Positions 25,501 to 39,669 are shown, counted from the first letter of the stretch. The stretch is DNA of 64,000 nt from Takakia lepidozioides (GCA_030704615.1 CM060734.1:48360001-48424000); one strand, 5' to 3'. The notes: a model not told the origin generated them from the sequence alone. Numbers and translations: made by a program.

Positions 25501-26453
25501 GTTTCCCGTATCAGTCAGCGAGTCACCGAAGGCATATATCGCATGTGGACATTCCGGGGCAGTGGCATTCACTATGACGACGAACACCACTAGAAACTCA
25601 AGCACCAAGGCTCCTAGCCGGAGAACTGACATTGGGCGGGAGTTGGGAGTGGTAACATACGCCATCTTCTGAAGATGCTAGAGCCTGGATATGAAAATAT
25701 GCACAAGAAATGATCAGTTAATTATGTTATAGCTCGCTGATCTGTGAAATAAATTCCCCCCTCCAAATCCAGCTGCTCGATTTGCAGGCCTATGTGGAGA
25801 GCTGTACCATCAAGCAGCTAGATGGTGCTCTTAGTGAGAACTGAATGCTCAGTGTCCAGAACATTTCCTAGCAGACTTGAGCCCTCTCAAGTCTATCCCT
25901 CATCTACCCTTCTCTCACTCTTAATCAACTCTTGAACCCTCTCTCTCTCTCTGATCCTTGTCGTGCACTTCCAACTCCGCAAGCCCAATATACTTTTATA
26001 TCAACTGTTCACAACACAACAAGGATTACAAGTGAGCGGTCGGTACGTCCGCAGCGTCGACAGGCCACGCTCGCGGGAGGCAGCCCTGCAGCGATGGGCA
26101 TGTTCATGGCAGGTTGCTGCTTTAGTCACGCCTCCATCGCCCCCTTCCCTTGTCTCCCGCTCTGCTGCACATCGTCTCTTCCCTGTACCTTCCCATGTCT
26201 GTAAGCCTCTTTCTCGACACAATCTAAGTACTCACCACTACCAACCTTCTTACTAGACCAACCTTTTCGTTTACCTCTCAACATGTATCCGCAATACTAA
26301 TTGCTGTTGTTTCGGATGCCGATGATGTAGGACTTCTTATTGGTCTTTAGTGAGGGTTGATTGAGTTCAAGGAGCCTCTGTCAACTTGGGTCATTCAAGT
26401 ATATTCATCTAACTCATTCTTTCATGCGGGGAGAAACAAAATCTCATAGAGCT
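19367..26453 (+). repeat. Copy 2 of the direct segmental duplication (lacks the intronic LINE)
   Basis: Colinear with 5602-14834; the ORF track is duplicated. Confidence 0.95.
23079..25665 (-). CDS. GDSL esterase/lipase B2, apparently intact, predicted 393 aa. Exons 25665-25374, 24842-24657, 24195-24044, 23771-23504, 23362-23079.
   Basis: Same motifs as B1. An in-frame 3-nt loss next to block III gives IIPNGGND instead of IIPEIGGND, and there is an L>R change (YALRRG). Confidence 0.87.
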
Positions 26454-28842
26454 TGTCACCATTAACTCAAGGCTAATCTAACTACCTGCTGGAACCAACT
26501 AGACGGTACCATGTAATACACATAAGGTGTGGATAATCCAACACCCTCCCCCTCGCACATGACCTTATTTCTTAGTTGCCAAAGATTAATGTTTTTTGGA
26601 TGTCTCTGTAAAAATGGATCTCTACAGGATCGGGTATGTACAGATATTATCTACAAATACTATCCACATGGGAATCGCTGAGGCTCCTTCTTTGGACATT
26701 GCTCCCGACCTTTGGAAATTTACACAAATTGGTAGAGGAGTTTTCTTTCTAGTGAAATCTGACCAGATGATTTCTTCAAGGGGGAGTGTACAAAAGAATT
26801 ACCGTGGAATATGCGTCCCAAAATTCGCCATAATATGGCAGTGGTGGATTATTGCATCATCAAGACCCGTTCAAACCACCTGTCCATATAGCCACCATAT
26901 AAGCCAAATTACTGCCCACCATTGGAATCTACATAAATGCATGATTGAGGCACTTTCTCCATACATGTGGATAAACAGTGCAAGTCAATTAATAAGGCCC
27001 ACCCCCCAAAGGCGAAGTGGCTCTTAGTTACGTTGACCTCAGGTCGGAGTTTTCTCTCTCTGCAAGTCAATTAGCCAAAGTGTATTTGACAAGTATTATG
27101 TTAACTTTGATGAACACGACGATGACAAACGAAGACATTGAAAACCAACACAATTGTAGGTATGTAGGTTCTGTCAGCCTGTCTTTGTTTCGCCCATAAG
27201 CTCAATCCTCCTGAGTATATCAAACTACAAATGATTGGGGGCCCTGCCAGTGAAATTGCAAGGCAGCCGAGCATGTATGGGATTGATTCTTAGTGCCACC
27301 ATATTACGGAGGTTTACACTAGACATAGGATGGGAGTTTAATGCGCTTGTGCGAGGCTTGCCCATTCCCGGAGCTAACCAGAGCGAGCTAACTGGAGGGC
27401 CCCTCGTGGGCCCCTGATCAAATCCCCACCCCAACTTTTTCTCGTGGTGCAGCTCAGTATCTAACGATGGCTGGTGACACCCATAATATCTCCAAAAGCA
27501 TCATTAGCTGAAAAAAAAGTAATTATATAGGCTATATTTGTCAAATGGATAGAGCTACTTCAGGGCCCTCCGAGGGTCCCACGCTCCATTATTCCCACCT
27601 CGGCACTCCCCTCTTCCCGCTCCCCGCTCCGTTGTTATTGCAATAGCATAAGGGAGCCCGGAGTAGTAAGGGGGGAGCGGCGGAGCGGTAACATAGGGGA
27701 GCAAGACGACAAGGGAGTGGCGGACACACAAGGGAGCGGTATATATGTGGGGACAGGGGAGCAACGATTGGGAACAAGGGAGCGGAGATCCGCTGGAGGG
27801 ACTCGGCATTTTTTGGATATACAAGACTTTAATGGTACCTTAGTCAAATCCTTAAACATACAATTTCCATCGCGCCATGGCCATGGTTTCTCGCATCCCT
27901 GTGGTAATGGTCAATGCATCCAGCCACCAAACTACCCGCCGCGTTTTGGCATTACCCCTCATAATTTTAACTAGGGCTTCGCGTTGCTCCGCACTACTAG
28001 CGACCACTTTTGAGAACAGCGTCAAGATAGATGGGCTATATTCAAGTTTTATGAGAGACTAGAGACTACGCATCATGTTTGAAGTCAAGGGAGAAAATCC
28101 TCTCACTACTAAAGGGCCAAATTTGTGAGCTGGCGCTCCCAAGTGTTTCCCTTTTTTCAAAAAAAAAACAAACAAAAAAAAAACAAATTATGTGGGTTGT
28201 TAAGAGCCATGAGAACATCTGGTCAAACATCAAATGGAGTGATTGTTCAGCCAATTATTCTAGGATTTCTCAGAGCTAAGGAAAATATTTTCCTAGAGCT
28301 TTATGCCTTGAAACATGCATTTGGAGATTTGATATTTGGAGTTTGTTTGAGATTTTAGGCATTTTTTTGTAAAGTTTCTGGAATTTCGGCAGTTTTTCCT
28401 AAATTTTCACTTAATTATTAGGCAGATTCATTTCTAATTATTTAGTGTCGGATCAGCCTTCCCACTACGGTAGTGCAGAGAGCTAATCTGGGATTAGTTC
28501 CTAGCAATGAAAACCTCCATGAGAGAGAGGTGCCCTAGAGCAGAGGGAACCGAACGGAACGACGAACAGTAAGAGCACGGGCCAAAACGGCCAAGGAGTG
28601 AAACTCGGAAGATTCCTATCTGAGGAAGATCAACTTAGATTTAGACCCCCTCCTTATGTGCTTCTAGTTTATATCTGCCGAGTCCAAGTCAGGGGAGGCC
28701 GAAGACGGTGCTCCATCGGTGTTTCCAGAGTTCAGGTATGGAGTCTGCCCATATACAGGAGTCCGTATCAATGCAGCAACAAATGATTCCTCCTCTTCCC
28801 CAAGATGCTCTGAAGGAGGCGAGGAGGGAATCTTTTCGTTCG

Positions 28843-29855
28843 GTTTCCTGTCTGCTTCTGCACATAGTTTTTGCCAAGCCAACTTAGCTGCAATAGTAAC
28901 ATCATAGAAAACACAAACCAGGATTTATGTACAGGAGAAGGAGGCATTGTTTAATGTCCATCTGCACCGAGCCTTCCAAATTTGCCACAACATTGCCGAG
29001 CGGAGAATCTCGAATACTGGGCATGTGGACACCTTGGACTTGGTTGTCTGGTTGTAATTTAGCAGGAGGGCTATAGGGTCCTGAGCGGTGTCTGACCAGA
29101 CCCTGTAAAGTGACAATACCAAGGGCCAGATGGATGACGGCCCTCTACAGAAAATAAGGCAGTGTTCCAAAGACTCAATAACCCCAATGGGGCAGCATCT
29201 GCAGAGTATAGCCTCTTGGAAGTTCAGAAATTGCCCAACCTTTAAAACTTTATTTGCAATTTGCCAAAGAAAGGCACTGAGTTTGGCGGGTTTAGATTTT
29301 TCCCAAATCAGAACCCATATGCACTTCCAGTTTTCCTCTCTAAATTGGAATATTAAGCCCCATCTGTCATCCCATTTTTTGGTTAGAGACTTGGCCTGCA
29401 ACATCGCTCTGTAGGCTCCCTTGGCCATGTAAGAGAAGAAGGAGCAAATTTTGTCCCCGAATTCCCATTGTCATTCTGTCGGGTCGATTTGCAGATCCTG
29501 GATGGACTGGCCTCCTATCCATATGAAGGTTCTTGATCGTAACCATGGGTAGAACCTGCGTGTTGGATGTGAGGTGTGGATTAAAATCTTTGAGCTTAGA
29601 GTTCCAATGGCAAATTCTGGCTGGTGGGGTATTTGCATATGGGATTGTGATGGAGTTGGATGAGTGCAGCGAGAGAGCACCCGTATAAGGATGGGCCCTA
29701 AATGCGAATCCCACCAGGTTATCAAGCGAGGCTTCCGTTATGAACATGACCTGAAAGTGGTGATCAGGTGTGGTCACCCACTGATAAAGAGACGTAGAGG
29801 ATGGGCCCTGTCTGAGCATGTCTCTCCACGAATCTGGAACTGATTGCAGAACCAA
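28843..29855 (-). mobile_element. L1 3' fragment, inverted copy of 4769-5780 with an extra frameshift near 29455
   Basis: ORFs 29367..29855 and 28925..29428 together match ORF 4769..5698. Confidence 0.85.
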
Positions 29856-30664
29856 GGCTATACCGGAGGAGAGCCTTAGGGTGCCTAGAGTTTTGGAAAG
29901 AGATTCAGGGGTACTGTACCATAGATAGGAGACCTGTGAGATATTTGACTTGTAGCAAGACGGAAATTAAGCATTTCGTACTTCTGGCTCGCATGTCATT
30001 TTTCTTGTAGAACAACTCAAAGCTCGAGCATCTTGAAGGCTGAGGAGAATTCTGGCCGCAAGCTCCCCTGCTCACAACTTGATATCAGGTCATTGCGCAT
30101 ATCAGGAGAATTCTGGCCGCAAGCTCCCTTACTCACAACTTGATATCAAGTCCTCAAGATATGAGCGGCAGATTCCTGGATGTGGCGCATACATGGTATA
30201 ATGTTTAGCAAGTTTTGAGTCTGTTGTATGTTTTGGCACAACTTATTATGTTTTAAGCAAGCTTTCTTCTCTGGTCCAACATTTGGTTCTAATCATGTTG
30301 ATGGTGCAACTCCACTTGTAATTTTGCCACTGCAACATTGTTCAAACAACATTGTAGGTCCTCTAGGGATGAAGACCAACTTAGAAGACCTGTACGACTT
30401 AGAACTCGTCAAGGGTGCGACAAAGCTTAAGCATCCTAAGAGGTTATATCAGACCTACAGAGGCAGTTTACTGTTGCTACGAGCCTTTGCTATGCACTGG
30501 TCAGGAGTACTTATCACAGCAAGTCCTCTATGTGACATCCCAGTAAGGTCACCTTTATTCCATCGGAGAAAGAAGTATTCAATCTAAGCTCTACTATTAT
30601 CTAGCAGTTCGGGTTTTCCAACATCCTGGTATTAATTCGAGCAGACCTGCAAGACGCACTGGTC

Positions 30665-31945
30665 CCCGGGGCGGCAACACAACTGTCTTAGATGGTCATT
30701 TATTATTTTTTCTAACTCTTCTAATGAAGGAGTGTAAGTTATAAAGAGAGCCCTCCAAATATGTTGTGAAAGTAGCCATCGAGATGCATCGATTGACACC
30801 ACTTTCATGCCAATCAGATTAGGTTATGTACCTCAAAAGTTGATTTTAGAACTTATTATAAGATTTTTTCTAATGCAGGGGTCCTCGTCCAGATACGGTG
30901 CCCCAGATTTTTCTTGGAATTTTAAAATTTATAATATGAGATATTTTTATAATATATATTTTATTATATAGACGGCATCCAGCTCTCTATGGATGTCCAA
31001 CCACATTCGTTAGGTTTTAGGTTTCAAGCTTGGAGCAATGGGCCGCTTCACGCTTCACGCTGGTGCAGGCTGTTTGCTCGAGAGTATGCCCTATGGGCCA
31101 AGGTCATTTTTCCTTGGTATTCTATTAATATGATATAGTAAAGGGCTTCCTCCCCTTTTGATTTAATAGGTACATTCAGACTGACGATTAATTTGGGGGA
31201 TAAAGTAGCACCGGGTCTATCTCTGTTCACACGTGTCCATGTTAGTGAGTTAACTGCTGACTGGACGTCGTCGTGGCAGGTGACATGGCAGAAAGTTATG
31301 CACAAAGTTAGGCCACTGATATTGCTATTTATTTGCAAGATCAATCTTTGAAAAATCGTAGATGTGGGTTTGATATTGGTCGTATCTTATTCATTCAGAT
31401 TTCAACCTAATAAGTTATTTATTTCTTACTGCGATTCATGGAAGGATGATTTTCATCTAAGTGTGATTTTTCTCATCATCTTCTTGTCCCGCCATCTCGC
31501 GTCTTTGCTACAAAGGAGAGCGATGCTACAGGATGACGATGGAGGCAGTGTATGTCATCCATAGCAATTAGGACAAATACACGTGGTATGTTGTGAACAG
31601 AGGTAAGAGAGAATATAAATAAGTAAAATTATTTGTTAACATATGCATATGTGTGAACGAAAATAGAATAAGTTTCGTGTAAGTATAACTCGAATATAAG
31701 AAGGTCAAAGAAATTTATTTGCCATGAAAATATTCACTCTTAAGTTGGTAGACATCTGGATGCTACTTATGAGTCTGAATGTACCTAATGTATATATAAT
31801 AATTTATTATAATTTGCAGCTCCAGCTCCAATTCAAAAATGGTGTATTATAAGTTATAATAAGGTTTTTAGAAGATGAAAATCAGCTCCGAATCCTCTTC
31901 TAAATCCGAGGACCCCTGCATATTATAGGGAGTTGCCGCCCCGGG
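30665..31945. mobile_element. hAT-type element, inverted copy of 2678-3959
   Basis: Same 14-bp TIR; TSD CACTGGTC at 30657-30664 and 31946-31953. Confidence 0.9.
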
Positions 31946-32330
31946 CACTGGTCAGGAGTATCACAGCAAGTCCTCTACATGATATCCGATGAAGGTCATG
32001 TTTCAGACTTCCATCTTGAGAAAGAAGTGTCCGCTAGAGCTAGAAGTACTATGTACTATAACAATAATGTACCAGTTTGGATTTTCCAAAATCTTGGTGT
32101 TAACGAGGTATTAACTCGAGCAGACCAGATACTAGTGACTATTAAGTCTGGACAACATACCACCATTCAACCAGGGCCTGCTATACATAATCTAGTTATG
32201 ACAAGTTTGTACATGTGGTCACACAGATGTGGCGGTTCCTGAAGATCGAGGCTTTTGTTTGGCAAGTCGCTAGCCAACACCAGAATCCCAGCAACCGACA
32301 GCAACCCTGGACCGAGCCTGGACCACAATC

Positions 32331-33938
32331 TCATGGATTTGGAATACCCGAGAACAGGCTTGAGTTAAGAGGGCACAGTGTGCTCAGATTTATTGGGGGA
32401 TATATGTATTTTCCAGTGAGGAAGAAATTAACCATGACCCTGTAAAAAGCTTGAGTATAGTGGATACCATCCCAATTGATATGGTTTGATGGATCAGGAC
32501 AGGCAGTGACAGTTATAGTGGGGTTGGTAGTGGTGTTGGTACCATGTATGGTTCCAGTAGTGCCACAGGTAACAGAAGGGTTATAGTTGTACTTGCCACC
32601 AAACCCGCAGCAGGCAGTCAAAGTAGCATTCGCCAAAAATCCTGCATATATGTACATGCAAGTTAGACAGTTTCCAGAAAAGGTTAAGCCAGGTCACCAC
32701 TGCAACACTTCCATTTGCAAGTTGAGTGCATAGGTGATCTGATCATGATGGTCTGAAATTAGCAAGAAAGGTTATATACTGCTCACCATATTTGGTAGGA
32801 TTTGTCAGAATCTCCATATTGGCACTGTACCAGTCGTAGAGATAGAGGTTGATATCCGTGAGATTTTGTCGAAGTGTCGCAAGCGAAGCGTTGAGCTCAG
32901 TATTGTAGGCCTTGTCAACATCGTTGATACCTTCCAAACAGCCCATACTGTCATAGGGGCTGATGCCCGCGAGATCGGTGAGGAGAAGGGGAACGCACCC
33001 TTGTGGTGGAAGTGTGCCCAAGAAAATAGTTCTGGCTCCACTGGCATAAAGTTGCTGCAGGTGACATTCCGCAAGTTGAGCACCGCGCGGAACGTGAAGA
33101 AAAACACATATGTGAGTTCATGGAACTTTGTACAGGACTGCAAGTGGAGATGCGACCCTATCTCAACAAAGTCTTGCTCAGCAAGATTGTAACTCACCTC
33201 CACTGCAGATACGACAGCTGCGAGTGTCTGAGGCAAGATCGTTTCATTTATCGTCGAGGTATTCAAACCTCGCTCTAGCGATAAGACGACGTCGTTTACC
33301 CCAATCTCGGGTATGATGTAGTATGCCTTAGTATCGAAGAAGGAGGGGGGCACGACGCAATGATCGTCAGCAGCCATAGGGTCTGGACAAGAGTTCAGCA
33401 AGGGTCATCCGAAATCTACAAGACAGACTGACGACAACACAAATCGACGGAGCGCACATTGAAAAATAGGTAGCCCCACACGCGTCCTTTACTCGCAGTT
33501 AATTACTTGTGTCTGCCGACCTAATTGTTCAATAAGTACTTACATAGAAGTCATGACAAGGGGTGGTCGAGCTCCGAGAGTTCCATAGCCTGGAGCTTTT
33601 TTGCTCGGAGATTACTCCAGATATGGTCTGCTGTTCAAAAGAAAAACGCGCCAATCTGCTTTGAACAAGAACAAATAAACAAAACATACAAAATGACCTT
33701 GGATTAAAGTGCAATTCAGTAATAGTGGCCGACGAGAGCGTACTTTCAGAGTCATTCGACTGGGCTGTACTTTTGAAGAAGAAGTATTGGTTAAGTTGAA
33801 GCTGCAGGTAAAAGGGGACTAGCGAGGTGTCATCTCGCGCAGCGGCTCCAGCGTACGCAAAATTGGCACCATAACGAGAATCAGCTCTGTTCAGAGCGAA
33901 CACATATGGTGCGAGAAATGGAAAATACAAAGCTTGCG
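32331..33938 (-). pseudogene. GDSL copy C, exons 2-5 (33938-33744, 33382-33198, 33054-32787, 32641-32331). Open frame with catalytic DxxH intact, but both available exon-1 copies are disrupted.
   Basis: GANFAYAGAAA, IPEIGVND, WDGIHYTQ; in-phase splice sites. Confidence 0.8.
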
Positions 33939-34552
33939 CTGCTTTCAATGTCAAGCATCCCAACAATTAGTAGATACAACACAGTTCTGGTAAGTCCGCC
34001 ATACATACATACGCATACCTTTCCAAGTGAATATAATGACCTAATTACTGTCCACTACTAGACACGTACACACGCATATAGGTATGTTTTGTGCATTGCG
34101 ATGGAAACCAGCACTTTTACATAACTGTATGTATAATCTTAATCCAACATTTGTGAACGTCCCATCGTGCAGTATATGGTGGTCTTCTTTCACGTCTTCG
34201 ATCTCAAGGCACAAAATATCACGTACATGTGAGAATTCTCCTAGGTATCACTAATTGAGCTCAAATAGCACAGTAGTAGTTATATGTACACGTCACGCTT
34301 CCAGAAGTATAGATCCTCGGGCATGGGCTTGAATTCATATCATCAGTTATACTTATCCGTCTTCATCTGCTCCGGGCCTCAGCAGTGAGCGATATCGGAG
34401 AGATCCAAGCTATGAGTACTTACAGGACCTAGGACTTCAATTGGTCCGATCCCACATACCGCCAGCTGGTAACTATATACTGATCCTAGGAATTCATGAC
34501 AGTATTGTGGAGAAAGCTTCCTTTGTCGACCGTGTACAAGTATGACTCCAGT

Positions 34553-34800
34553 CGATGACAAGACGCCCATCTAAGTAACGATTGTGACCGGGCTGATTAA
34601 AGAAAGTACAGGATTCACATGCAGAGCGTGCTCTGGAAGGGGAGAAGGAAATCGGGCCTGCACGTTTGAACCTGCATCAGTCAGCGAAACCCCGAAAGCA
34701 TATATGTCGCTTTGGACACGAGCTGGAGGGAGCATGGGGGCTCCGAACACAACCAGAAACTTTTAAGCACCACGTCGACTCCGCAGATAAATTCCATTGC
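34553..34800 (-). pseudogene. Degenerate second copy of GDSL exon 1 (exon 1b)
   Basis: IYAFGVSLTDAGSNVQA (GDSL changed to GVSL), then a frameshift before CESCTFFNQPGHNRYLDGRLVID; donor site lost. Confidence 0.8.
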
Positions 34801-35174
34801 GGTGAGATCATACATCTTCCGACTTGATGTTAACTGAGTGTAAGAAATGATGACAACGATGTTTTTTTCTAGCGCTGTGTGAAGTAGAGTTTCCCCTCTA
34901 AATGTCGTTTTTGCAGGTATCTGGGGAGCTATAATCCAAGCTATAGTCGCGCCAATTGCCACCTCCCAGCCTCAGACCTTCACTGGAATTTCCAAATAAC
35001 GTACAAACCTTCTTGAGCAAGTTTATCCTTCACTACTCCACGCTTTCTGTTTCGAAACTCCCCTCACTCTAAACGAACTCAACATGTCTCACATTTTCAA
35101 ATCCACAAGCCTGCACTGAAAGTGATATATCATTAAAATATAGTCCAGAGGGAACATGGGTTACTCGTACCTAT

Positions 35175-38100
35175 TGTTAGAATGTGCATTTATTCTACCC
35201 TCGACAACTCTCCTATATTTGTAGGATTAGATCAGGTCTGGTTACCTACCCACGACGGTGCTTAATTGCACATTGACGGTGATCCTTCTCTCTTACTATG
35301 AATAGTGACTAGAAGCCCAGCCTCTCCATAGGACTCTCATTGCATATAACCTTCTCATGCTTTCCGTTATATTCATTCTTTTCACTCTTGAGCATACTCT
35401 TCTTTAGCACGTTGTTTCTTCTCACCGCCTGGCCAAGTGTATGAATCTGTTGTTGTTGTGAGTGTCTACAGTAGCTTTAGATGTTCATGTTTTCCAACAT
35501 GGTATCAGAGCTAGTATGTTAGTTCCTTCGAATTAACAACTAAAGTTAACGAGTGTGAACAGGCGACAAGTAGCGTAGAACTAGGTAGAAGCCGTTGCTC
35601 CTAGTGCACCGTAGAATGTGAGATCAACATTGCATTCTAGCGTTAGACCAACGGTTCTCTCCAAGCTACGACTATGGAACCCGTCAGCTCTGCCCCATGG
35701 CTCATGGATAGATTTGGCAGTGAAGACTTTGCTCTTTGGAAATACAAGATGCAGCACATGTTGGTGCATCAAGGTTTATGGAGCATCGTAACAGGGGAAG
35801 AAAAGCAACCTGTGGAGACAACTTCGAAGGGAGCTGGAAAGCAACCTGTAACTGACGGAAGTTCGAAGACAGATGAGATGAGCAAATGGATAGAGATGGA
35901 TGGGAAGGCTCATTCCATCCTTGTTTGGCATCTCCAAGACTCTGTCATACGACGCATCAAGACTTCAAAGACGACATCTGAGGCCTGGAAGAAGCTAGAG
36001 GAGTTGTACGAGAAAAAATTTGTACCTGAGCAATTGATATTGCTTCTAGGAATGTGCTAACTTCTAGATTGCAAGAAGGGGGAAACCTTTCTGATCACAT
36101 CAATAAGTTGAAAGATGTCATCGTGCTCTTGATTCTTGGTTGTTGGACTCAGGAGCCACACATCATATGACATCTAGATCAGATTGGTTTGTGGAATTCC
36201 AAGAAGCCCATGTTCCAAGGAGAGTGAAAGTGGCCAATGCCACTTACAGTGAAATTACAGGTCAGGGAACCATACTTACACAGCTTCCTAATGGCATGAC
36301 CAAGGAACTAAAAGGTGTACTTTGTGTTCCAAGTCTAGAGAACATCCTCCTGGCAGTAAGTAAATTGGCAGATGAAGGTATGAATACTTTATTCAAGAAA
36401 AAAGGTTGTGAACTCTATGATGACGACTTGAATTTGATGGCCAAATGAGATAGAGTTGGGGATCTTTACTCATTGACACCAAGGCAACAGTATTGCGCAA
36501 AAGCATCCTTATATGGACAAGAAAATTCAGCAGAGATATGGCATAAGAGATTGGGGCATCTGAATTTTCAAACTTGAATGCACTTGATGGAAAAAACTCA
36601 AGCTGTCACAGGGTTTAAGATTGAAGATGGATCACACCTAAAACTTTGCGAAGGGTGTTTGCTTGGTAAGCAACATAAGGCACCCATTCCTAAGACCACA
36701 AGCAGCAGGGCTGCCCGAGGGCTGCCCATGTGCTTGAGTTGGTCCACACTGACGTGGTTGGACCGATGAGAGTTCCTTCACTTGGAGGAGCCAAGTATTT
36801 TGTGGCATTTACTAATGATTTCTCTAGGAGGGTGGCTGTCTATTGCTTGAAAGAAAAATCAGGCATCCTTGATGCATTCAAGACCTTTCATAAGATTGCA
36901 GAAATGCAAACAGGTTTGAAGTTGAAGGCGATCAGGAGCGACAATGGTGGAGAGTTTACTTCTCTCGCTTTCAAGGAATATTGCAGTCAAAATGGCATCC
37001 AGAGATACACTTCTATTCCTTACAATGCCTTTCAAAACAGCCTGGCTGAGAGAATGGACAGGACGCTGATGGAGAGTGTCTGTAGCATAATTCATGACAG
37101 CAAGCTGATCAAGGCTTTGTGGGCTGAAGCGGTAACTTCCGCAGCGTATATTCGGAACCAAGTGATCACCAAGGCATCTCCAACCAAGACTCCTGAAGAG
37201 ATTTGGTCTGGTAAGAAGCAAAGTGTTGATCATTTTAGGGTTTTCGGATGTAAGGCTTACGCTCAAGTTCCAAAAGAAAAAAGAACTAAATTGGAGCCTA
37301 AGAGCGTGAAGTGCATTTTTGTGGGCTATAGTGAAGAAGCGAAGGGATACAAAATGTTTAATCCCGAGGAAGGTGTTCCTTAGTAGGGATGTGGTATTTG
37401 ATGAATTCAATACAATACAGGGACAGGAGCTGAAATCTCATGGTGACACAAAATTGTGGTTTCTTTGGGATTTATTTCCTGGCAACCCTATTGAGTGTTT
37501 TACAAGGTGGGAACTTGAAGAGCAGGTTCAAGAAAATCAGATCCATGATGCTCCACACGATGAAGAGAGACTGCAAGAAGTAAATGTGCAGATTGATAGA
37601 GTCGACATGTGATAGCATTGCAGATCGTGATGATTTGAGAACAGTAGTCGAGGAAGATTCACATGAAGAGGTCGAAGCAGTAGCCTCTCCATCTGGACAA
37701 TCACCTTCAGCAGGAGCAAATGAACACCTCAGTTGCCTGGACAACGTCAAGGTAAGAATTCGAAAGCCTTCACTAAAAGTCCGAGAAACCCTAGGTCATC
37801 CGATGAGTTTCTCAGCAATTACCGTACCTGGAAATGTTAACGAAGCATTGGAAAGTGATGCTACCGGATGGACAACTGCTATGCAAGTAGAATATGACTC
37901 TCTCATGAAGAATGGAACTTGGATACTTGCTGATCTCCCGGCAGGTAGGAAAGCAATAGGCTGCAAGAGCCCGAAGGTTTTGTTGTTGAAGGAGCCGAAG
38001 GAAAAGTATGCAAGCTCAAGAAATCTCTGTATGGATTGAAGCAATCCTCACGAGCTTGGTACCAACGAATCGATCGATATTTGTTGGCTCAAGGGTTTCG

Positions 38101-39463
38101 GAGTGGAAAAGCAGATTCAAACATTTATGTGAAGCGAGTAGCAGAGTTGTTCGTCATCCTTGCTTTGTATGTTGACGATGCAATATTGATAAGCAACAAT
38201 CTAACCTTTCTTAATGAGGTGAAGAAGGAGCTCGCTGCAAAATTTGAGATGGTAGATTATGGGGATATCAACACTGTCTTGGAATCCACATCATCCGAAA
38301 CAGGGAGAAAAGGACAATCCATATCAGTCAGAAACGCTACTTGGAGAATGTGCTACATGAATTCAAGATGGAGGATTGTAAGCCTGTAGCCATACCCATG
38401 GAAGCAAACTCGAAGTTGTCCATTGATATGTGTCCAACTTCAACAAAAGAGCAGGAGCAGATGAAGGGAATACCACATCGAAAGGCCATAGGTTGCTTTA
38501 TGTATGCAGCGATTCTCACAAGACCTAATCTTGTCTTTGCTGTAGGTCTGTTAAGTCGCTTTATGGAAAATCCAGGTTACCTCCATTGGGCTGCGGTCAA
38601 GCGTGTATTCAGGTATCTCAAAGGCACTATTGATTTTGGTATTACATTAGGCATAGGTGAGACAGGTAGCAAATCTGGGATTTTGCAAGGATATTGCGAT
38701 TTGGACTATGCAGGGGACGTGGATGCAAGGAAGTCCACATCTGGTTACTGTTTTACCTTGAATGGCGGGGTTATTTCCTGGCACAGCAAGAAACAAACAG
38801 CCACGGCCCTATCAAGCACAGAGGCTGAGTACATGGCTGCCACAGAAGCTGCCAAGGAGGCCATTTGGAGGAGATTACTCCATGACATTGGAATGAAGCA
38901 AATTGATCTTCTCAACCTCAAATGTGACAATCAGAGTTGCATTGCACTGGCTAAGTTTCCCAAGTTTCACGGAAGATCCAAGCACATAGCAACTCAGTTT
39001 CACTTCTTTCGAGAGAAACTGGAGGAGGAAGAAATTTTGTTGGAATACTGTCCAACTAAATTGCAGGCTGCAAATATTTTTACCAAGCCGCTGCCAAGGG
39101 CAAGGTTTGAACTTCACAGGAAAAGCTACAAATAAGGCCTCTAAGTCGGGTTCAAAACTGAGCAGGAGTGTTAGAATGTGCATTTATCCTACCCTCGACA
39201 ACTCTCCCATATTTGTAGGTCACAACGGTGCTTAATTGCACATTGACGGTGATCCTTATCTCTTAATAGTGACTAGAAGCCCAGCCTCTCCACAAGACTC
39301 TCATTGTATATAACCTTCTCATGCTTTCCGTTATATTCATTCTTTTCACTCTTGAGCATACTCTTCTTTAGCACGTTGTTTCTTCTCACCGCCTGGTCAA
39401 GTGTATGAATCTGTTGTTGTTGTGAGTGTCTACAGTAGCTTTAGATGTTCATGTTTTCCAACA
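35175..39463 (+). mobile_element. Ty1/copia LTR retrotransposon with both LTRs; coding region degenerate. LTRs 35175-35499 and 39169-39463.
   Basis: TG..CA LTRs. TSD CCTAT (35170-35174, 39464-39468). Gag FALWKYKM, protease LDSGATHHMT, integrase HTDVVGP/RSDNGGEF/AERMDRTL, RT LYVDD, RNase H ALSSTEAEY, in copia order. Several frameshifts and stops. Confidence 0.97.
35500..35511 (+). promoter_or_regulatory. Primer-binding site for initiator tRNA-Met (copia)
   Basis: TGGTATCAGAGC immediately after the 5' LTR. Confidence 0.95.
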
Positions 39464-39669
39464 CCTATGAAGTCAATGATAAGACGCCCATCTGAGAAGC
39501 GATTGTGACCGGGCTGATTGGAGAAGTTATAGGATTCCCCGTAAGGAGAATTCAGTGTTGTTGAGAGAGAAATCAGTGTTGTAAAGGGAAACACTGCCTG
39601 CACGTTTCATGTATCAGTCAGCGAGTCCCCGAAAGCATATATCGATTTTGGACAAAGGGGGTAGGCCGT
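39464..39669 (-). pseudogene. GDSL exon 1a, 3' part, between the copia and gypsy insertions; premature stop at 39607-39609
   Basis: YPLCPKSIYAFGDSLTDT*NVQAVFP..PYGESYNFSNQPGHNRFSDGRLIIDFI (TGA where paralog B has GGA). Confidence 0.92.

Larger units (their letters stand above)
26454..34623. repeat. Right arm of the large inverted duplication (reverse complement of 1-8181)
   Basis: Junction CTCATAGAGCT|TGTCACCATTAAC at 26453/26454; mirrored ORFs and elements. Confidence 0.95.
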
